A stretch of DNA of 64,000 bases from Candidatus Eiseniibacteriota bacterium. GTDB lineage: Bacteria > Eisenbacteria > RBG-16-71-46 > JABDJR01. This document shows, piece after piece, positions 19,284 to 29,733 of the stretch. The notes under the pieces are model-generated. The model was not told the DNA's origin. It ran no database searches and worked only from the letters and a program-made list of their open reading frames with translations. Every line of letters begins with the position of its first letter. Within the stretch, counting starts at the first letter, position 1. A program made the translations under genes and the position numbers. The stretch covers positions 1,088,001 through 1,152,000 of the forward strand of contig CAVXKA010000001.1 in assembly GCA_963762255.1 (NCBI GenBank), written 5' to 3'.

Positions 19284-20228
19284 ATGATCGGCAGATGCGT
19301 TTTTCTCGCGGCGATCCTCTTCGTCGGGGCGATGACCGTCGTCGTGCCGGCGCGCGCGTTCTCTCAGGATGATGCCGCGCCGCCGCCCGCTTTCTCTCAA
19401 GACGACGCCGCGCCGCCGCGCGCGCGCGCTCCAGAGACTTCCGCATCACGCGACTCCTTGCGCTCGCTTCCCGCGTACGTGGTCAGGAAGCCCACCGAGT
19501 CGAGCGCGGATCTCATGACCCTATCCGAGATCATCGCCCGGTGCGTGGAAGGGGAGAAAACCAAGCTCGCCGGCCACCGCGACATGACGTTCACCGGAAC
19601 GGTGCGGGTGGTCTCCACCTGGAAGCAGAAGCGCCTCGTGATCGACAGCGCGTTTCTCGCATACGAGGACGACGCCGGTTTCGCGAAGATGATCCGCCTC
19701 GGCGAGCAGCGACGGATGTACAAGCGCCAGGGCGAGGAGTGGGTCTACGACAAGGACGAGAAGGAAGAGGAGATCCGGGTGGGCGTCGAGGTCGGCGAAG
19801 GGGGCGAGGGGCTGGCGGAGCTGCCGTTCTTCCTCAAGGACCAGGGGGAGTATAAGTTCTCCCTCCAGGAGCGCGTGCTCGAGGGGGACCACGTCATCTT
19901 CAAGATCGCGTTCCGCCCGCGCACCGATTTCAAACCGCTCCCGTCGGGCACGGTCTACGTGGACACCGACGCGTTTCGCATCATCCACGAGGAGTTTGCC
20001 TTCGACGTGCAGAACCCTGTGCCGCTGTTGCTCAAGGACGTGAGGCGGGTCACCCGCGAGTGGCGGGAGCTGCCGACCGGCGAGTGGGTGGTGGCGAGCA
20101 TTCGCGCCGACGCCGAGCTACGCGGCGGGTGGTTCGCAGCGATGCCGAATCGGATCGAGCTGGGAGTGAACATCGAGGACTATCGCTTCGACCAGGGCTA
20201 CGATGAAGCCCGCTTCGGGAAGCGCTGA
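19284..20228 (+). CDS. Exported hypothetical protein
   Basis: Signal peptide; FRPRTDFKPLPSGTVYVDTDAFRI resembles segments of envelope-associated proteins; coupled to the next gene. Confidence 0.55.
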   Translation: MIGRCVFLAAILFVGAMTVVVPARAFSQDDAAPPPAFSQDDAAPPRARAPETSASRDSLRSLPAYVVRKPTESSADLMTLSEIIARCVEGEKTKLAGHRDMTFTGTVRVVSTWKQKRLVIDSAFLAYEDDAGFAKMIRLGEQRRMYKRQGEEWVYDKDEKEEEIRVGVEVGEGGEGLAELPFFLKDQGEYKFSLQERVLEGDHVIFKIAFRPRTDFKPLPSGTVYVDTDAFRIIHEEFAFDVQNPVPLLLKDVRRVTREWRELPTGEWVVASIRADAELRGGWFAAMPNRIELGVNIEDYRFDQGYDEARFGKR

Positions 20229-20229
20229 C

Positions 20230-21600
20230 ATGCGAGGCGCACGCGCGTTCTCGATAGCCCTCTTGGGCGGCGCTCTTCTCGCGTGGAGCGGCCCCGCGCC
20301 GGCGCAGGAGCCGGGACAAACGCGGACGCTCGTGCCCGGTCAGGAGCCGGCCCCCTCCGACACCCTGCAACCCGGAAGCCTCCTCGATCGGCTCCAACGC
20401 GAGGACCGCAGCTTCTATTCCGACGAGATCGTGAACATCGACCGAGCGCTGGCCGATTCGGGGCTGGCCGCGCTCGACTCGCTCGGTTTCAAGGCGTTCG
20501 AGCGCGAGACCTTGAAGGGCGCGCGCGGGCGCGGCTTGAGCTTCGGCTTCGCCAACGAGCTGGGTCTCTACAACCGCGTGGAGGGAGGGATCGCCGGTTT
20601 GGGCGTGCGGCTGCGGGTGCCCGTCGCGACGGGGCCCGAGCTTCGGCTGCAAGGCGGCTATGCCTCCGGACCGCGCAAGTTCCGGCACTACGAATCGCTG
20701 CGCGTTCCGTTGAGCCTGCGCTATCGCGCGCCGGTCGTGGAGGCAGGCTACGCCGACCGAGCCGTTCGCTACTATGCCGATGAAGTGGGCGAGGATCTCC
20801 TCACCGCGTTCTTCGGATCGGACGCGGAGGAGAATTACATCCACCGCCGCGGGGGATGGATCGGGTTCTCGTGGGAGGGAAGCCCGGCGGGCAAATGGTC
20901 GTTGCGCGCCGAGGCGGCGACGGAGGACTCGGTGCGCCGGCGCACCGACTACGGCCTCTTTGGAAGCGAGCGCGACATGAGCCCCAACTTGCCGGTCGAC
21001 AGCGGCCGCGATCGCGCGATCGAGGGGACGTGGGAGTTGGGTTCGGTCCTCTCCGGCCGGCAGGCGATCGCGCTGCGGCATCGCGTGGCGGGCGGCGCTC
21101 TGGGCGGAGACTTCGCGTATTCGCGGTTCGCGGCGACAGCTTCCGCGCGCCGCTTCCTCGTGTTGAACCACGAAGCGGTCGTCGATCTGGCCTACGTGCG
21201 TGTCGGCGGACGGCCTCCCGGCCAGCGTCTCGCGGATCTGGGAGGTCTGGGCACGGTGCGAGGATTCCTCCCCCGCGCGCGCGTGGGAACGGAGTCGTTG
21301 CGAGCGCGCCTCGAGGTGCAGGTGCCCTACGATGTGTTCAAGCGGGCGCGGGTGCCGCTCTTGCGGAAAGCGGGGCTGCAACTCGTGCCGTGGGCCGACG
21401 CGGGCCGCGTGTGGGGCGGCGATCCCGCGGATGGGGACGGCCCCGGCTCCTGGTTCACATCCGCCGGGCTCGGCGTGCAGAAGCTGCTCGGCCCATTCGG
21501 CGAGGCATCGTTCATACGACTCGACGTGGCGGTGCCGATGGGCCCTGAGCGGCGGGATGACGTTCGCGCCTACCTCTATTTCGCGCGCGGGCTGTTCTGA
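20230..21600 (+). CDS. Outer-membrane beta-barrel protein (BamA/TamA-like C-terminus)
   Basis: Signal peptide; LGGLGTVRGF, ADAGRVW, SAGLG, RLDVAVP; terminal Phe. Confidence 0.65.
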   Translation: MRGARAFSIALLGGALLAWSGPAPAQEPGQTRTLVPGQEPAPSDTLQPGSLLDRLQREDRSFYSDEIVNIDRALADSGLAALDSLGFKAFERETLKGARGRGLSFGFANELGLYNRVEGGIAGLGVRLRVPVATGPELRLQGGYASGPRKFRHYESLRVPLSLRYRAPVVEAGYADRAVRYYADEVGEDLLTAFFGSDAEENYIHRRGGWIGFSWEGSPAGKWSLRAEAATEDSVRRRTDYGLFGSERDMSPNLPVDSGRDRAIEGTWELGSVLSGRQAIALRHRVAGGALGGDFAYSRFAATASARRFLVLNHEAVVDLAYVRVGGRPPGQRLADLGGLGTVRGFLPRARVGTESLRARLEVQVPYDVFKRARVPLLRKAGLQLVPWADAGRVWGGDPADGDGPGSWFTSAGLGVQKLLGPFGEASFIRLDVAVPMGPERRDDVRAYLYFARGLF

Positions 21601-21602
21601 CG

Positions 21603-24023
21603 ATGACATCGCGAGTTGCCGGCATCGGTTTGGTCATCCTGGTGCTGGCGACTACCGTCCTTCGGGACCATCTGAGCACATCTCTCCCATGGTTCGATGC
21701 CCGGGATTCCACCGGCTACTTCTGGACCGAAGGCGCCGTTCACTATCGCCATGCCCGGATGGTCGCCGACGGAGTCGGGATTCCCGATACCGACCGGGCA
21801 TTGCAGTACCCGGAGGGCATCGCGCCGCGACGCCACCTCACGCTTCTCATGGACTTCGTCAGCGGTGACACCTATCGGCTCTTGAAGCCTGTCCTCGGCT
21901 CGATGACGTTCCACGTGTACCTCATTCACCTCACCAGTTTCGTGTCGAGCCTGAGCGTAGTCGCCGTGTTCTTCCTCGCGTGGGTGCTCTTTCGATCCTG
22001 GGGCGCAGCGCTGCTTGCCGGCGTGATCTTCGCGACCGCCCCGTCAAGCCTCGACAGGCTCGTCGGCACATACGAGCGAGAGAGCTTCGCGGTCCCGCTC
22101 CTCCTGGGGAGCTTGGCGGCGTTTGCGGCAAGCTGCGACGAGAGCCGCGGGCGCCGGGCGGCTCTGTGGGGGCTGATCGCGGCGGCGCTGACTGCGACCG
22201 GTCTTGCCGCGTGGCACTTCGCGCGGTTCTACTACCTCATGTTCACGCTGAGTTGCTGCGCATGGTTTGTCGTGAATGGGGGCAGGCCGCGGCTCGCGGA
22301 GAGTGCCTTTGGGAGACCAGGGGGCGCTGAAGCCCCGGACGGGTTCAGGTGGGGGATCCTTCTGGTTTCCGGAGGGGCGCTCCTCGTCGGGTCTCTGGTC
22401 CCCGTTCTGCAAGAAAGCCGGCTCGTGCTTTCACCGGCATTCATCCTCTCTCTCGCGCTACTTCTCGGCTTGGAGGTGGACAGACGGTTCTTCCCGGGTC
22501 GGTCAGACGGCGCGGGTGGGGTGAGGCGTCGAGCGCTCCTGCTGGCCTCGTTCTCCGTGCCGCTGGTAGCCGTCGCCCTCGCCTTGGCGCGAGAGGCATC
22601 GGATTTCGGGCACGTCTACTCACTCCTCTGGGCGAAGATCGTCCACCTCGGCGTGAAACCGGAAGACCCGGCGCGCCTCACCGACGAAGCGCGGTTCCTC
22701 TGGGTCGATGGATTCAACAGCCCTACTGCCCCGTACCTCCTCACCAGGATCCTACCCATCGCCCTGATGACGGCAACCGGCCTCGTCGGACTGCACAGGG
22801 GGCGTTTCCCTGTGACGCGGTCGCCGGCGCCCTTCCTCGTCGCCATGCTTTCCGTTTGTTTCGTGGTGCTCTACTTCTTTGTTCGGCGGCTGTCGATATT
22901 CGCCGTCGCCTTCCTCGCCGTTTGGGCGGCGGCGTGGCTCTGGCGGACGACCGTCCGGTTCCGTGTCGGCGCCGCACTTCTGGCAGTGCCCTTGGTGTTA
23001 TTGCAGACAAACGAGACCCTGCATGTGAACGGCCGTACCTGGTTCCGGCGGGCGGCGGCAGGAGCCGGCGTATCGACCGAAGACCAAGATGCGCGCCATT
23101 GGGGGACCAGACTCGGAGTGCTCTACTGGATCCGCGACAACACCGACTCGTCGGACGTCTTCCTCGGTCCGGTGGGATTCAGCCCCGCGATCCTTGCCTA
23201 CTCCGGCCGCCCCATCGCGGTTCACCCCATGTACGAGACCGCGGCCATCCGTGGCAAAGTGCGCGAGTTTTACGGCGCCACGTATGCCAGCCCGGAATCG
23301 TTGCTCGCATGTTGTCGAAGGTGGGGGGTGAGCTACTACCTGCACACCATGGAAGGGGCATTGAACACCTCTCCTGATGGCACCCGGTACATGGCCGATG
23401 CCCTGACGTTGCGAAAATCATCGGCCGCATTCCTGTGTCAGTTCGCGCCGGAGCGACTCCCCGATCTGGAACTCGTCTACCAGGATCCGTCGTGCCGGCT
23501 ATTCCACATCCGGGAGGACGGTCGAACCGTGCCCGCGATGCGCAGGTTCCAAGACCCCGTGTACGACATCAAGACGTTTGGGAGCCAGGAGCTTGAGGGC
23601 GACGCTTTTGACGATCGCTCGACGGCGGAAGTGCTCGACCGCCTGGAACGCGCGCGTCTCTCGGCGGAAGCCGGGCGCAAGCTACTGGCAGCCCGACAGA
23701 TCGACGAGGCCATCAAGGCGCTGGAGGCGGCGATCGAACTCAACTACTGGGTGAGCGGAGCCCACGGCTATTTGGGGGTCGCTCTTGCGGAGCAGGGTCG
23801 TTATCCGGAGGCGCTGGCGGCTGGCAACACCGAGGTCAACCTGGATCGGGACAGCGCCGAGGCCCACTACAATATGGGCTACATCCACAATCGCTCCGGA
23901 CGGTACACGTCGGCCTTGCGTGAGTTCGAGATCGCGCGCGATCTGAAACCCACATTGAAGGACGTCAACTCGAAGATTCAGGACCTCAAGAGACGGCTCG
24001 GAACGGACGGCCAGGGCAGGTGA
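21603..24023 (+). CDS. GT-C membrane glycosyltransferase, DPY19/STT3-like, with C-terminal TPRs
   Basis: More than ten TM segments; TEGAVHY, LQYPEG, ERESFAVP, SGRPIAVHPMYE; TPRs AHGYLGVAL and AHYNMGYI. Confidence 0.65.
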   Translation: MTSRVAGIGLVILVLATTVLRDHLSTSLPWFDARDSTGYFWTEGAVHYRHARMVADGVGIPDTDRALQYPEGIAPRRHLTLLMDFVSGDTYRLLKPVLGSMTFHVYLIHLTSFVSSLSVVAVFFLAWVLFRSWGAALLAGVIFATAPSSLDRLVGTYERESFAVPLLLGSLAAFAASCDESRGRRAALWGLIAAALTATGLAAWHFARFYYLMFTLSCCAWFVVNGGRPRLAESAFGRPGGAEAPDGFRWGILLVSGGALLVGSLVPVLQESRLVLSPAFILSLALLLGLEVDRRFFPGRSDGAGGVRRRALLLASFSVPLVAVALALAREASDFGHVYSLLWAKIVHLGVKPEDPARLTDEARFLWVDGFNSPTAPYLLTRILPIALMTATGLVGLHRGRFPVTRSPAPFLVAMLSVCFVVLYFFVRRLSIFAVAFLAVWAAAWLWRTTVRFRVGAALLAVPLVLLQTNETLHVNGRTWFRRAAAGAGVSTEDQDARHWGTRLGVLYWIRDNTDSSDVFLGPVGFSPAILAYSGRPIAVHPMYETAAIRGKVREFYGATYASPESLLACCRRWGVSYYLHTMEGALNTSPDGTRYMADALTLRKSSAAFLCQFAPERLPDLELVYQDPSCRLFHIREDGRTVPAMRRFQDPVYDIKTFGSQELEGDAFDDRSTAEVLDRLERARLSAEAGRKLLAARQIDEAIKALEAAIELNYWVSGAHGYLGVALAEQGRYPEALAAGNTEVNLDRDSAEAHYNMGYIHNRSGRYTSALREFEIARDLKPTLKDVNSKIQDLKRRLGTDGQGR

Positions 24024-24061
24024 CGGACCCGAGACCGCTGGCGGCATGGCAGAGGTGAGAC

Positions 24062-24090
24062 GGCCGGGGGGCGTCGCGCGCACCCCGGCC
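24062..24090. terminator. GC-rich hairpin between convergent genes
   Basis: GGCCGGGG...CCCCGGCC 8-bp stem; no U-tract. Confidence 0.3.
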
Positions 24091-24105
24091 CCAGGCACGA
24101 GTCGA

Positions 24106-24309
24106 TCAGAGCCCGGTCGGGATGTCTCGGTCCATGACCGTCTTGCGGCCGTCGCTCTTGGCGTTCTCGATGGCCCGGTCGCAGAGCCGGCGGATGGCGT
24201 CGGAGAGAGCCGGCGCGACGTTGGAAGCGGTGTTCATACCCGACTTGTCGCGGATGTAGTTCTTGAGCTTGGAAACGACGATGAGGACTTCGCCTTCGGC
24301 AGCGTTCAT
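24106..24309 (-). CDS. Bacterial single histone-fold protein (Bdellovibrio Bd0055/HBb-like)
   Basis: VLIVVSKLKNYIRDKSGMNT...AIENAKSDGRKTVMDRDI with the RKTxxxxD histone clamp motif; GGAGG RBS. Confidence 0.85.
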   Translation of the reverse strand: MNAAEGEVLIVVSKLKNYIRDKSGMNTASNVAPALSDAIRRLCDRAIENAKSDGRKTVMDRDIPTGL

Positions 24310-24370
24310 TCTGAACCTCCATGAAGTGTTGGCGGGGGGATGAGCTGATGCGGACGTGGCCCGCGCCCAA

Positions 24371-26053
24371 CTATACGACAGGCCGGCGCAGGTGGAAACC
24401 GGTCTTGTCCTGATACGCCTTGGCTACGAGCAACGCGTCTGCTTCCCCGAAAAGCCTGCCGGTGAACGAGATGCTGGCCGGGGTGCCGTCCTCTCGGAAC
24501 CCGCTGCGCACCACCACTGTCGGCTGGCCGGTCAGGTTGGCGATCAGGAGCGTGTTGCCGCCGAAAGAGGGGTGCACGTATACATCCACCGCGTCGAACA
24601 CCCTCTCATAGGATTCCATGAGCACGGTGCGCGCGCGGTTGGCCTGGATGTACTCGACTGCGGGGATGAACCGAGCGGCGCGGAAGACGTTGGGCCACGC
24701 CTGCTCCTCCTGGCGCGTCATCATCTCGTCGCGGCCGGAGCGTGTGAGCTCGTCGAACGCGGCCGCTGCCTCCGCCTCCAGGATGAACAGCATGTCGCCC
24801 ACCGGGAGCGGCGGAAGCTCCACCGGCTTGAGCGCGAAACCCATCTGACGCAGGGCCTGGAGCGCGCCCTCGTCCAAAGCGTGATCCGGGCTCTCTTCCT
24901 CGAACGCCTTCACGTCGTAGCCGACTCGCAGTGTGCGCGGGTCGCGGCCGGCATCCCACGCGAACGGCGCGTCGATCACCGCGCCGTCCTTGTCGTCGGC
25001 TCCGCGGATCGCGTCGAGCACGAGCGCGCAATCCTCGACGGTACGGCATAAAGACCCGACCTTGTCCATGCTCCAGGAGAGCGCCATCGCACCGTGGCGG
25101 CTCACGCGGCCGAAGGTGGGACGGAGCCCGGTCGCGCCGCAGCGCGAGGACGGCGAGACGATCGAGCCCAGCGTTTCGGTCCCGATCGCGAACCCCACCA
25201 ATCCCGCGGCGACGGATGCGGCGGAGCCCGCCGACGATCCGCTCGAGCCCTGCTCCAGGTTCCATGGATTGCGAGTGGTGCCGCCGAACCATACGTCGCC
25301 CCACGCAAGTTCGCCGACGCTGGTCTTGGCGAGGAGCACGGCGCCCGCGTCTTCCAAGCGCTTCACCACGGTGGAATCCTCTGTGGGCACTTGATCCTTG
25401 TATGGGTTCGAGCCCCATGTCGTGGGAATGCCCTTGGTGGCGAAGAGGTCCTTCACGCCGTAGGGGATGCCGTGGAGCGGGCCGCGCACGACGCCGCGGC
25501 GTAGTTCGTCGTCCGCGCGGCGCGCCTGCTCCAGCGCGCGCTGCTCGGTGAGCGTGATCACGCAGTGGAGCTGCGGATCGAAGCGCTTGAGGCGTCCGAG
25601 ATAGAACCGCGTCAGGTCGAGCGAGGTGATGCGCCGCTCGCGCAGAAGCGCCCCCAGGTGCGTCAGCGGAAGGAACGCGAGATCCTCGCCGTCGGTGGGT
25701 ATTGCCGGCGCGGCGACTTGCGTCGGGCGGATCGGCACTTCCTCGCCGGTGACGCGCCGGCCAGGCAAGAGCGGGCTGAAGGTGAGCGCGGGCGGCACCG
25801 AGTTCGATAGCGGGACCTCGCGCAGCTTCTCGAAGTTGCCGAGGTGATCCTTGACTCCCGTCTCCATGAGCTTGCGCTCGTCCTCTGTGAAGGGAAGGCC
25901 GGTGATCGCTTCCGCCTTCGCGATCGCGGCGCGAGTGATCGCCTCCTTGCTCTGCGCGAGCACCTCGGGGGCGAGGAGCGCGGCCGCTCCCAGCGAGGAG
26001 AACCACGCGATGAAGTGGCGGCGATCGAGGTCGTGGTTCATGGCGTTCCTCAT
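24371..26053 (-). CDS. Amidase-signature family enzyme with Tat-like signal
   Basis: DRRHF twin-arginine; GPLHGIPYGVKD, GSSGSSAGSA, GTETLGSI. Confidence 0.9.
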   Translation of the reverse strand: MRNAMNHDLDRRHFIAWFSSLGAAALLAPEVLAQSKEAITRAAIAKAEAITGLPFTEDERKLMETGVKDHLGNFEKLREVPLSNSVPPALTFSPLLPGRRVTGEEVPIRPTQVAAPAIPTDGEDLAFLPLTHLGALLRERRITSLDLTRFYLGRLKRFDPQLHCVITLTEQRALEQARRADDELRRGVVRGPLHGIPYGVKDLFATKGIPTTWGSNPYKDQVPTEDSTVVKRLEDAGAVLLAKTSVGELAWGDVWFGGTTRNPWNLEQGSSGSSAGSAASVAAGLVGFAIGTETLGSIVSPSSRCGATGLRPTFGRVSRHGAMALSWSMDKVGSLCRTVEDCALVLDAIRGADDKDGAVIDAPFAWDAGRDPRTLRVGYDVKAFEEESPDHALDEGALQALRQMGFALKPVELPPLPVGDMLFILEAEAAAAFDELTRSGRDEMMTRQEEQAWPNVFRAARFIPAVEYIQANRARTVLMESYERVFDAVDVYVHPSFGGNTLLIANLTGQPTVVVRSGFREDGTPASISFTGRLFGEADALLVAKAYQDKTGFHLRRPVV

Positions 26054-26080
26054 TCCTTGCCCCTTCCGGAACAGTGCTAT

Positions 26081-27164
26081 CTACACATGCTCACCCGGGT
26101 GAGCACTCGCAATCGCTCCGCGCACCATCTCCGCGACCGCCTCCACCCACATCGGGTGCGCGTTGAGCGACGGCACGAGGTGGAATGCCTCGCCCCCCGC
26201 CGCGAGGAACGTGTCCTTGCCGCGCAGACCGATCTCCTCCAGCGTTTCCAGGCAGTCGGCCACGAACGCGGGGCAGAGCACTGCAAGCCGCTTCACCCCG
26301 CGCTTGGGCAGTTCGCGCAGCGCGACGTCGGTGTAGGGCTTGATCCACGGCACCCGGCCGAGTCGCGACTGGAACGTCACCTGGTATTGATCAGGGGAGA
26401 GTCCCAACTCCTCGGCCAAGAGCCGCGACGTGGCGAAGCACTGCGCGCGATAGCAGCGGCGGTTCACGGTCGCGAGCGCGTCGCAGCATCCGTCCCCGCG
26501 CAGACAGTGCGCGCCGCTCTCGTCACCCTTGCGCACCTGCGATTCGGGAAGGCCGTGGTAGCTCATGAGCACGAAGTCGGGATGGAATTCGTGCAGCACC
26601 GGTCGTACCCACCGCGCCGAACGCGCGAATGAAACTGGGCTGATCGAAGAAGGGGGGCACGGTCACGAGGTCGGGCACGTTCCAGAGATCGCCGACCTCG
26701 GCGAACACCTTCTCCAGCGTGGAGCCGCCGGTGGCGGACGCATACTGCGGATAGAGCGGGAGCACCACGATGCGATCCACCGCCTGCGCGTGCAGCTTCG
26801 CGAGCCCCTCCGCGATGGACGGCGTGCCGTAGCGCATGGCCAGCTCGACCGGCATGTCCGGCCCCAGCCGCGCTTGCACGCCGCGCGTCAACTCGCGGCC
26901 GTACACGAGCAGCGGCGACCCGTCGTCCGTCCAGATCTTGCGGTACGCCTCGGCGGACTTGGCCGGCCGGAAGGGGAGGATGATGAGATTGAGCAACGCT
27001 GCTCGACCCAGCGCCGGCATGTCGAGCACGCGCGGATCGGAGAGGAACTCGCGCAGGTAGCGGCGCACCTCGGGCGTACGCGGCGCGTCCGGCGTGCCGA
27101 GGTTCACGAGCAGCGCGCCGGTCTTGGTCGAGCGATGCGAAGCGGCCGGGTCAGGTGCGTTCAT
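26081..27164 (-). CDS. hemH: Ferrochelatase (frameshift near 26606)
   Basis: LLVNLGTPD, YLREFLSDPRV, AMRYGTP, PLYPQYA | SYHGLP, FQSRLG, FVADCLETLEEI; removing one base joins the halves. Confidence 0.88.
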
Positions 27165-27316
27165 GAGAGCCCAAGCCTACGGGGGCGCGGCGCCGGCATC
27201 AATCCCCCCTGCGCGACCGTGCTAGGATACGACCGGCTTTGGGAATGCGGGCCTCGCCGAGGCCCTCCGCGCGTCTCGTCCCTCGATCGACGTGCCCACC
27301 GAACCTGGAGATCGAT

Positions 27317-27886
27317 ATGCACAGGATCCCGCTGTCCCGGATTGCTCGCACCGCGCTCTTCGCGCTCCTCGCGATTGCGCTTGTGGCGTGCGGCGGGGGC
27401 GGCGAGAGCAAGAGTACGCCCCCACGCGCGGCGAACCCGCCGCCGCCGGCGCCCCTCGAGCGCAATCAGCCGTTCCCCGACGTCACCGTGACCGGTCTCG
27501 ACAGCGTGAAGGTGAGCACGGCCGATCTCGTGAAGGGCCACGAGACCATCGTGCTCTTCATCTCAACCGCCTGCGAAACCTGCGCCGACCTCCTGAAGGT
27601 CTGGAACAGGCGCTCGAACGTCATCCCGGAGGACATCAAGGTCGTCCTGATCGTGGACGAGGACGTCGACTACGCGGCGAACTACGCGATGAAGAGCGGG
27701 ATCCGACTTCCGCTCTACTGCGACACGCGAAGCGTCTTCGCCCGGCAGCACAAAATGGAGATCTACCCCACTGCGGTGATGGTGCGCCCTGACGGCACCA
27801 TGTCGTTCGTGCGACGCGGCGTGACCCCGCTCTTCACCCCCGATCGCGCGATCATGATGCTGCGGCGGGCAGACCGGGAGGATTGA
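27317..27886 (+). CDS. Redoxin/TlpA-like lipoprotein
   Basis: Lipobox LVAC-G; CETC (CxxC); IYPTAVMVRPDG. Confidence 0.75.
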   Translation: MHRIPLSRIARTALFALLAIALVACGGGGESKSTPPRAANPPPPAPLERNQPFPDVTVTGLDSVKVSTADLVKGHETIVLFISTACETCADLLKVWNRRSNVIPEDIKVVLIVDEDVDYAANYAMKSGIRLPLYCDTRSVFARQHKMEIYPTAVMVRPDGTMSFVRRGVTPLFTPDRAIMMLRRADRED

Positions 27887-27890
27887 CGCA

Positions 27891-28550
27891 ATGGGACGTC
27901 TCGACGGACAGATCGCGGTCTTGACCGGCACGAGCAGGGGCCTCGGGAAGGCACTCGCCGAGGCGTTCCTCGCGGACGGCGCCACAGTGATCGGCGCGTC
28001 CCGGCACGCGGGCGTGGACGTGAGCGATCCGGCGATGGTGCGGCGGTGGATCGCCGAGGTCGCCCGCGATCACGACAGGATCGATATCCTCGTCAACAAT
28101 GCGGGCATCCTCACGCCGCGCAAGCCCCTCGTCGCGGTCACCGACGAGGAATGGAGCCAGTCCATCTCGGTCAACCTGAGCGCCGTGTTCTACTGCATGC
28201 GCGAGGCGCTGCGGTGGATGATCCCGAGGGGAAGCGGGCTCATCATCAACGTCTCCTCCGGGGTGGCGGGCCGCGCCGCTCCGCAGTGGGGCGCCTACGC
28301 GGCGGCCAAGTGGGGCGTGGAAGGGCTGACCAAGCTCGCCGCCGAGGAGATGCGTAGTCAGGGGATCAAGGTCGTCTCGATCAACCCCGGCCGCACCCGC
28401 ACCGGCATGCGCGCCACGGCCTACCCCGAAGAGGACCCGGCGACGGTGAAGACCCCCGAGGAAGCGGCGCGGTTCTTCGTGGCGGTGGCGGCGGGGGAAG
28501 TGCCGTTCACGACGGGGGACTCGCTGGAATACCGCGAGTCCCCGTCCTGA
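27891..28550 (+). CDS. SDR family oxidoreductase
   Basis: TGTSRGLG, NNAG, YAAAK, NPGRTRTGMR. Confidence 0.9.
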   Translation: MGRLDGQIAVLTGTSRGLGKALAEAFLADGATVIGASRHAGVDVSDPAMVRRWIAEVARDHDRIDILVNNAGILTPRKPLVAVTDEEWSQSISVNLSAVFYCMREALRWMIPRGSGLIINVSSGVAGRAAPQWGAYAAAKWGVEGLTKLAAEEMRSQGIKVVSINPGRTRTGMRATAYPEEDPATVKTPEEAARFFVAVAAGEVPFTTGDSLEYRESPS

Positions 28551-28580
28551 AGCCGGCGAAGGTCCGCGACCCGGTCGAGA

Positions 28581-29678
28581 TCAGTTCATGGCCAGGCTGC
28601 TGAGGGCGGAGAGGCGCGCCGTGGCCACCTCGTTGGCCGGGTCCATCTTCTGGACCTCCTGCCACTTCGCGGTTGCGGCGGCGTAGTTCCCCTTGTCTTC
28701 GAGTTCGAGCGCCTCGGCGGTGAGGAACTTCGCCTCCACATAACCCTCCCGCTTCGAGATGCTTTTCTCCATCGAGGCGAAGCGGCGCTGCACACCCTTG
28801 GTGATCGAAGTCGCTTGCCCGTTCGCGCTCAACACCTGGTCGATCCCCTCGGCGAGGGCCTCCACGAGTTCGCGCTCCAGGGCCAGGAATTTCTCCGGAT
28901 TCCCCGCGAATTCGCCGGTCACCTGCTTGGTCAGGAGCACTTCGCCGGTGGAGGTGCGGACCACGCGGGCGTCGATCCGGACCTTCTTGGCGGAGAGGAT
29001 CATGTACTGCCCGAAGATGAAGGTCTGCGCCCCGAGGAGTTTCCCCGCCGCCACCGCTTGTTTCGGGTCGGCGAACGAGGACTGGGAGAGCTGGATCTCC
29101 TCGAGGATCTTCCCCGTGCGCTGCCGATCCACGATCTTGAGATCGGTCGCTTCGGCGAGGTCGGCGGTCACGGTATGGACGAGGGCGTTCTTGAAGAGCG
29201 AGAAATCGAAGTCCTTGAACTTGCCTGTGAACACCGAGTTGTCCTCGAAGTCGCCGATGGCGATGGTGCGGGCGTCCACGGGTCCTTCCCCACCGGCCAG
29301 CACGCTGTCACGAACCACGTTGTAGATCTCGATGACCGGCGGAGGGTAGTTGTACTCGGGAGAGAAACGCGCGGTCGGGTCTGCTTGGAGCATTCCCGCC
29401 ACCGAGCCCTTGGCCTCGGGTTGGCGCCGCTGGGCCACGTAGGTGCAGGTCTGGCACTTGTATACGTCCACCTTTTCAGTGACGGACGGGTTGGCGGCCA
29501 GGATCTTCGCCGCCAGGGCCAGAGCCTGCTCGTACTCCTGATCGTGGTAGGCGCTGCACACAGCGCCGGGTTCGGCGGCGAACGAATCCATGGGGATCGC
29601 CGCCGCGACGGCTGCGCCCGCGAACACCACGATCAGGCTCCTGCGAAGAACTCGGGCGAGGACGGGATGCGCGTTCAT
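28581..29678 (-). CDS. Exported CsgG/TolB-N-like domain protein with TPR segments
   Basis: IAIGDFED, LKIVDRQRTGKILEEIQLSQS, AGKLLGAQTFIFG, RIDARVVRTSTGEV. Confidence 0.7.
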   Translation of the reverse strand: MNAHPVLARVLRRSLIVVFAGAAVAAAIPMDSFAAEPGAVCSAYHDQEYEQALALAAKILAANPSVTEKVDVYKCQTCTYVAQRRQPEAKGSVAGMLQADPTARFSPEYNYPPPVIEIYNVVRDSVLAGGEGPVDARTIAIGDFEDNSVFTGKFKDFDFSLFKNALVHTVTADLAEATDLKIVDRQRTGKILEEIQLSQSSFADPKQAVAAGKLLGAQTFIFGQYMILSAKKVRIDARVVRTSTGEVLLTKQVTGEFAGNPEKFLALERELVEALAEGIDQVLSANGQATSITKGVQRRFASMEKSISKREGYVEAKFLTAEALELEDKGNYAAATAKWQEVQKMDPANEVATARLSALSSLAMN

Positions 29679-29733
29679 GGGGTACCTCCCGATGGTGGGC
29701 CGACGCCTGGGGGGGACGACCGACCCGGACCTG

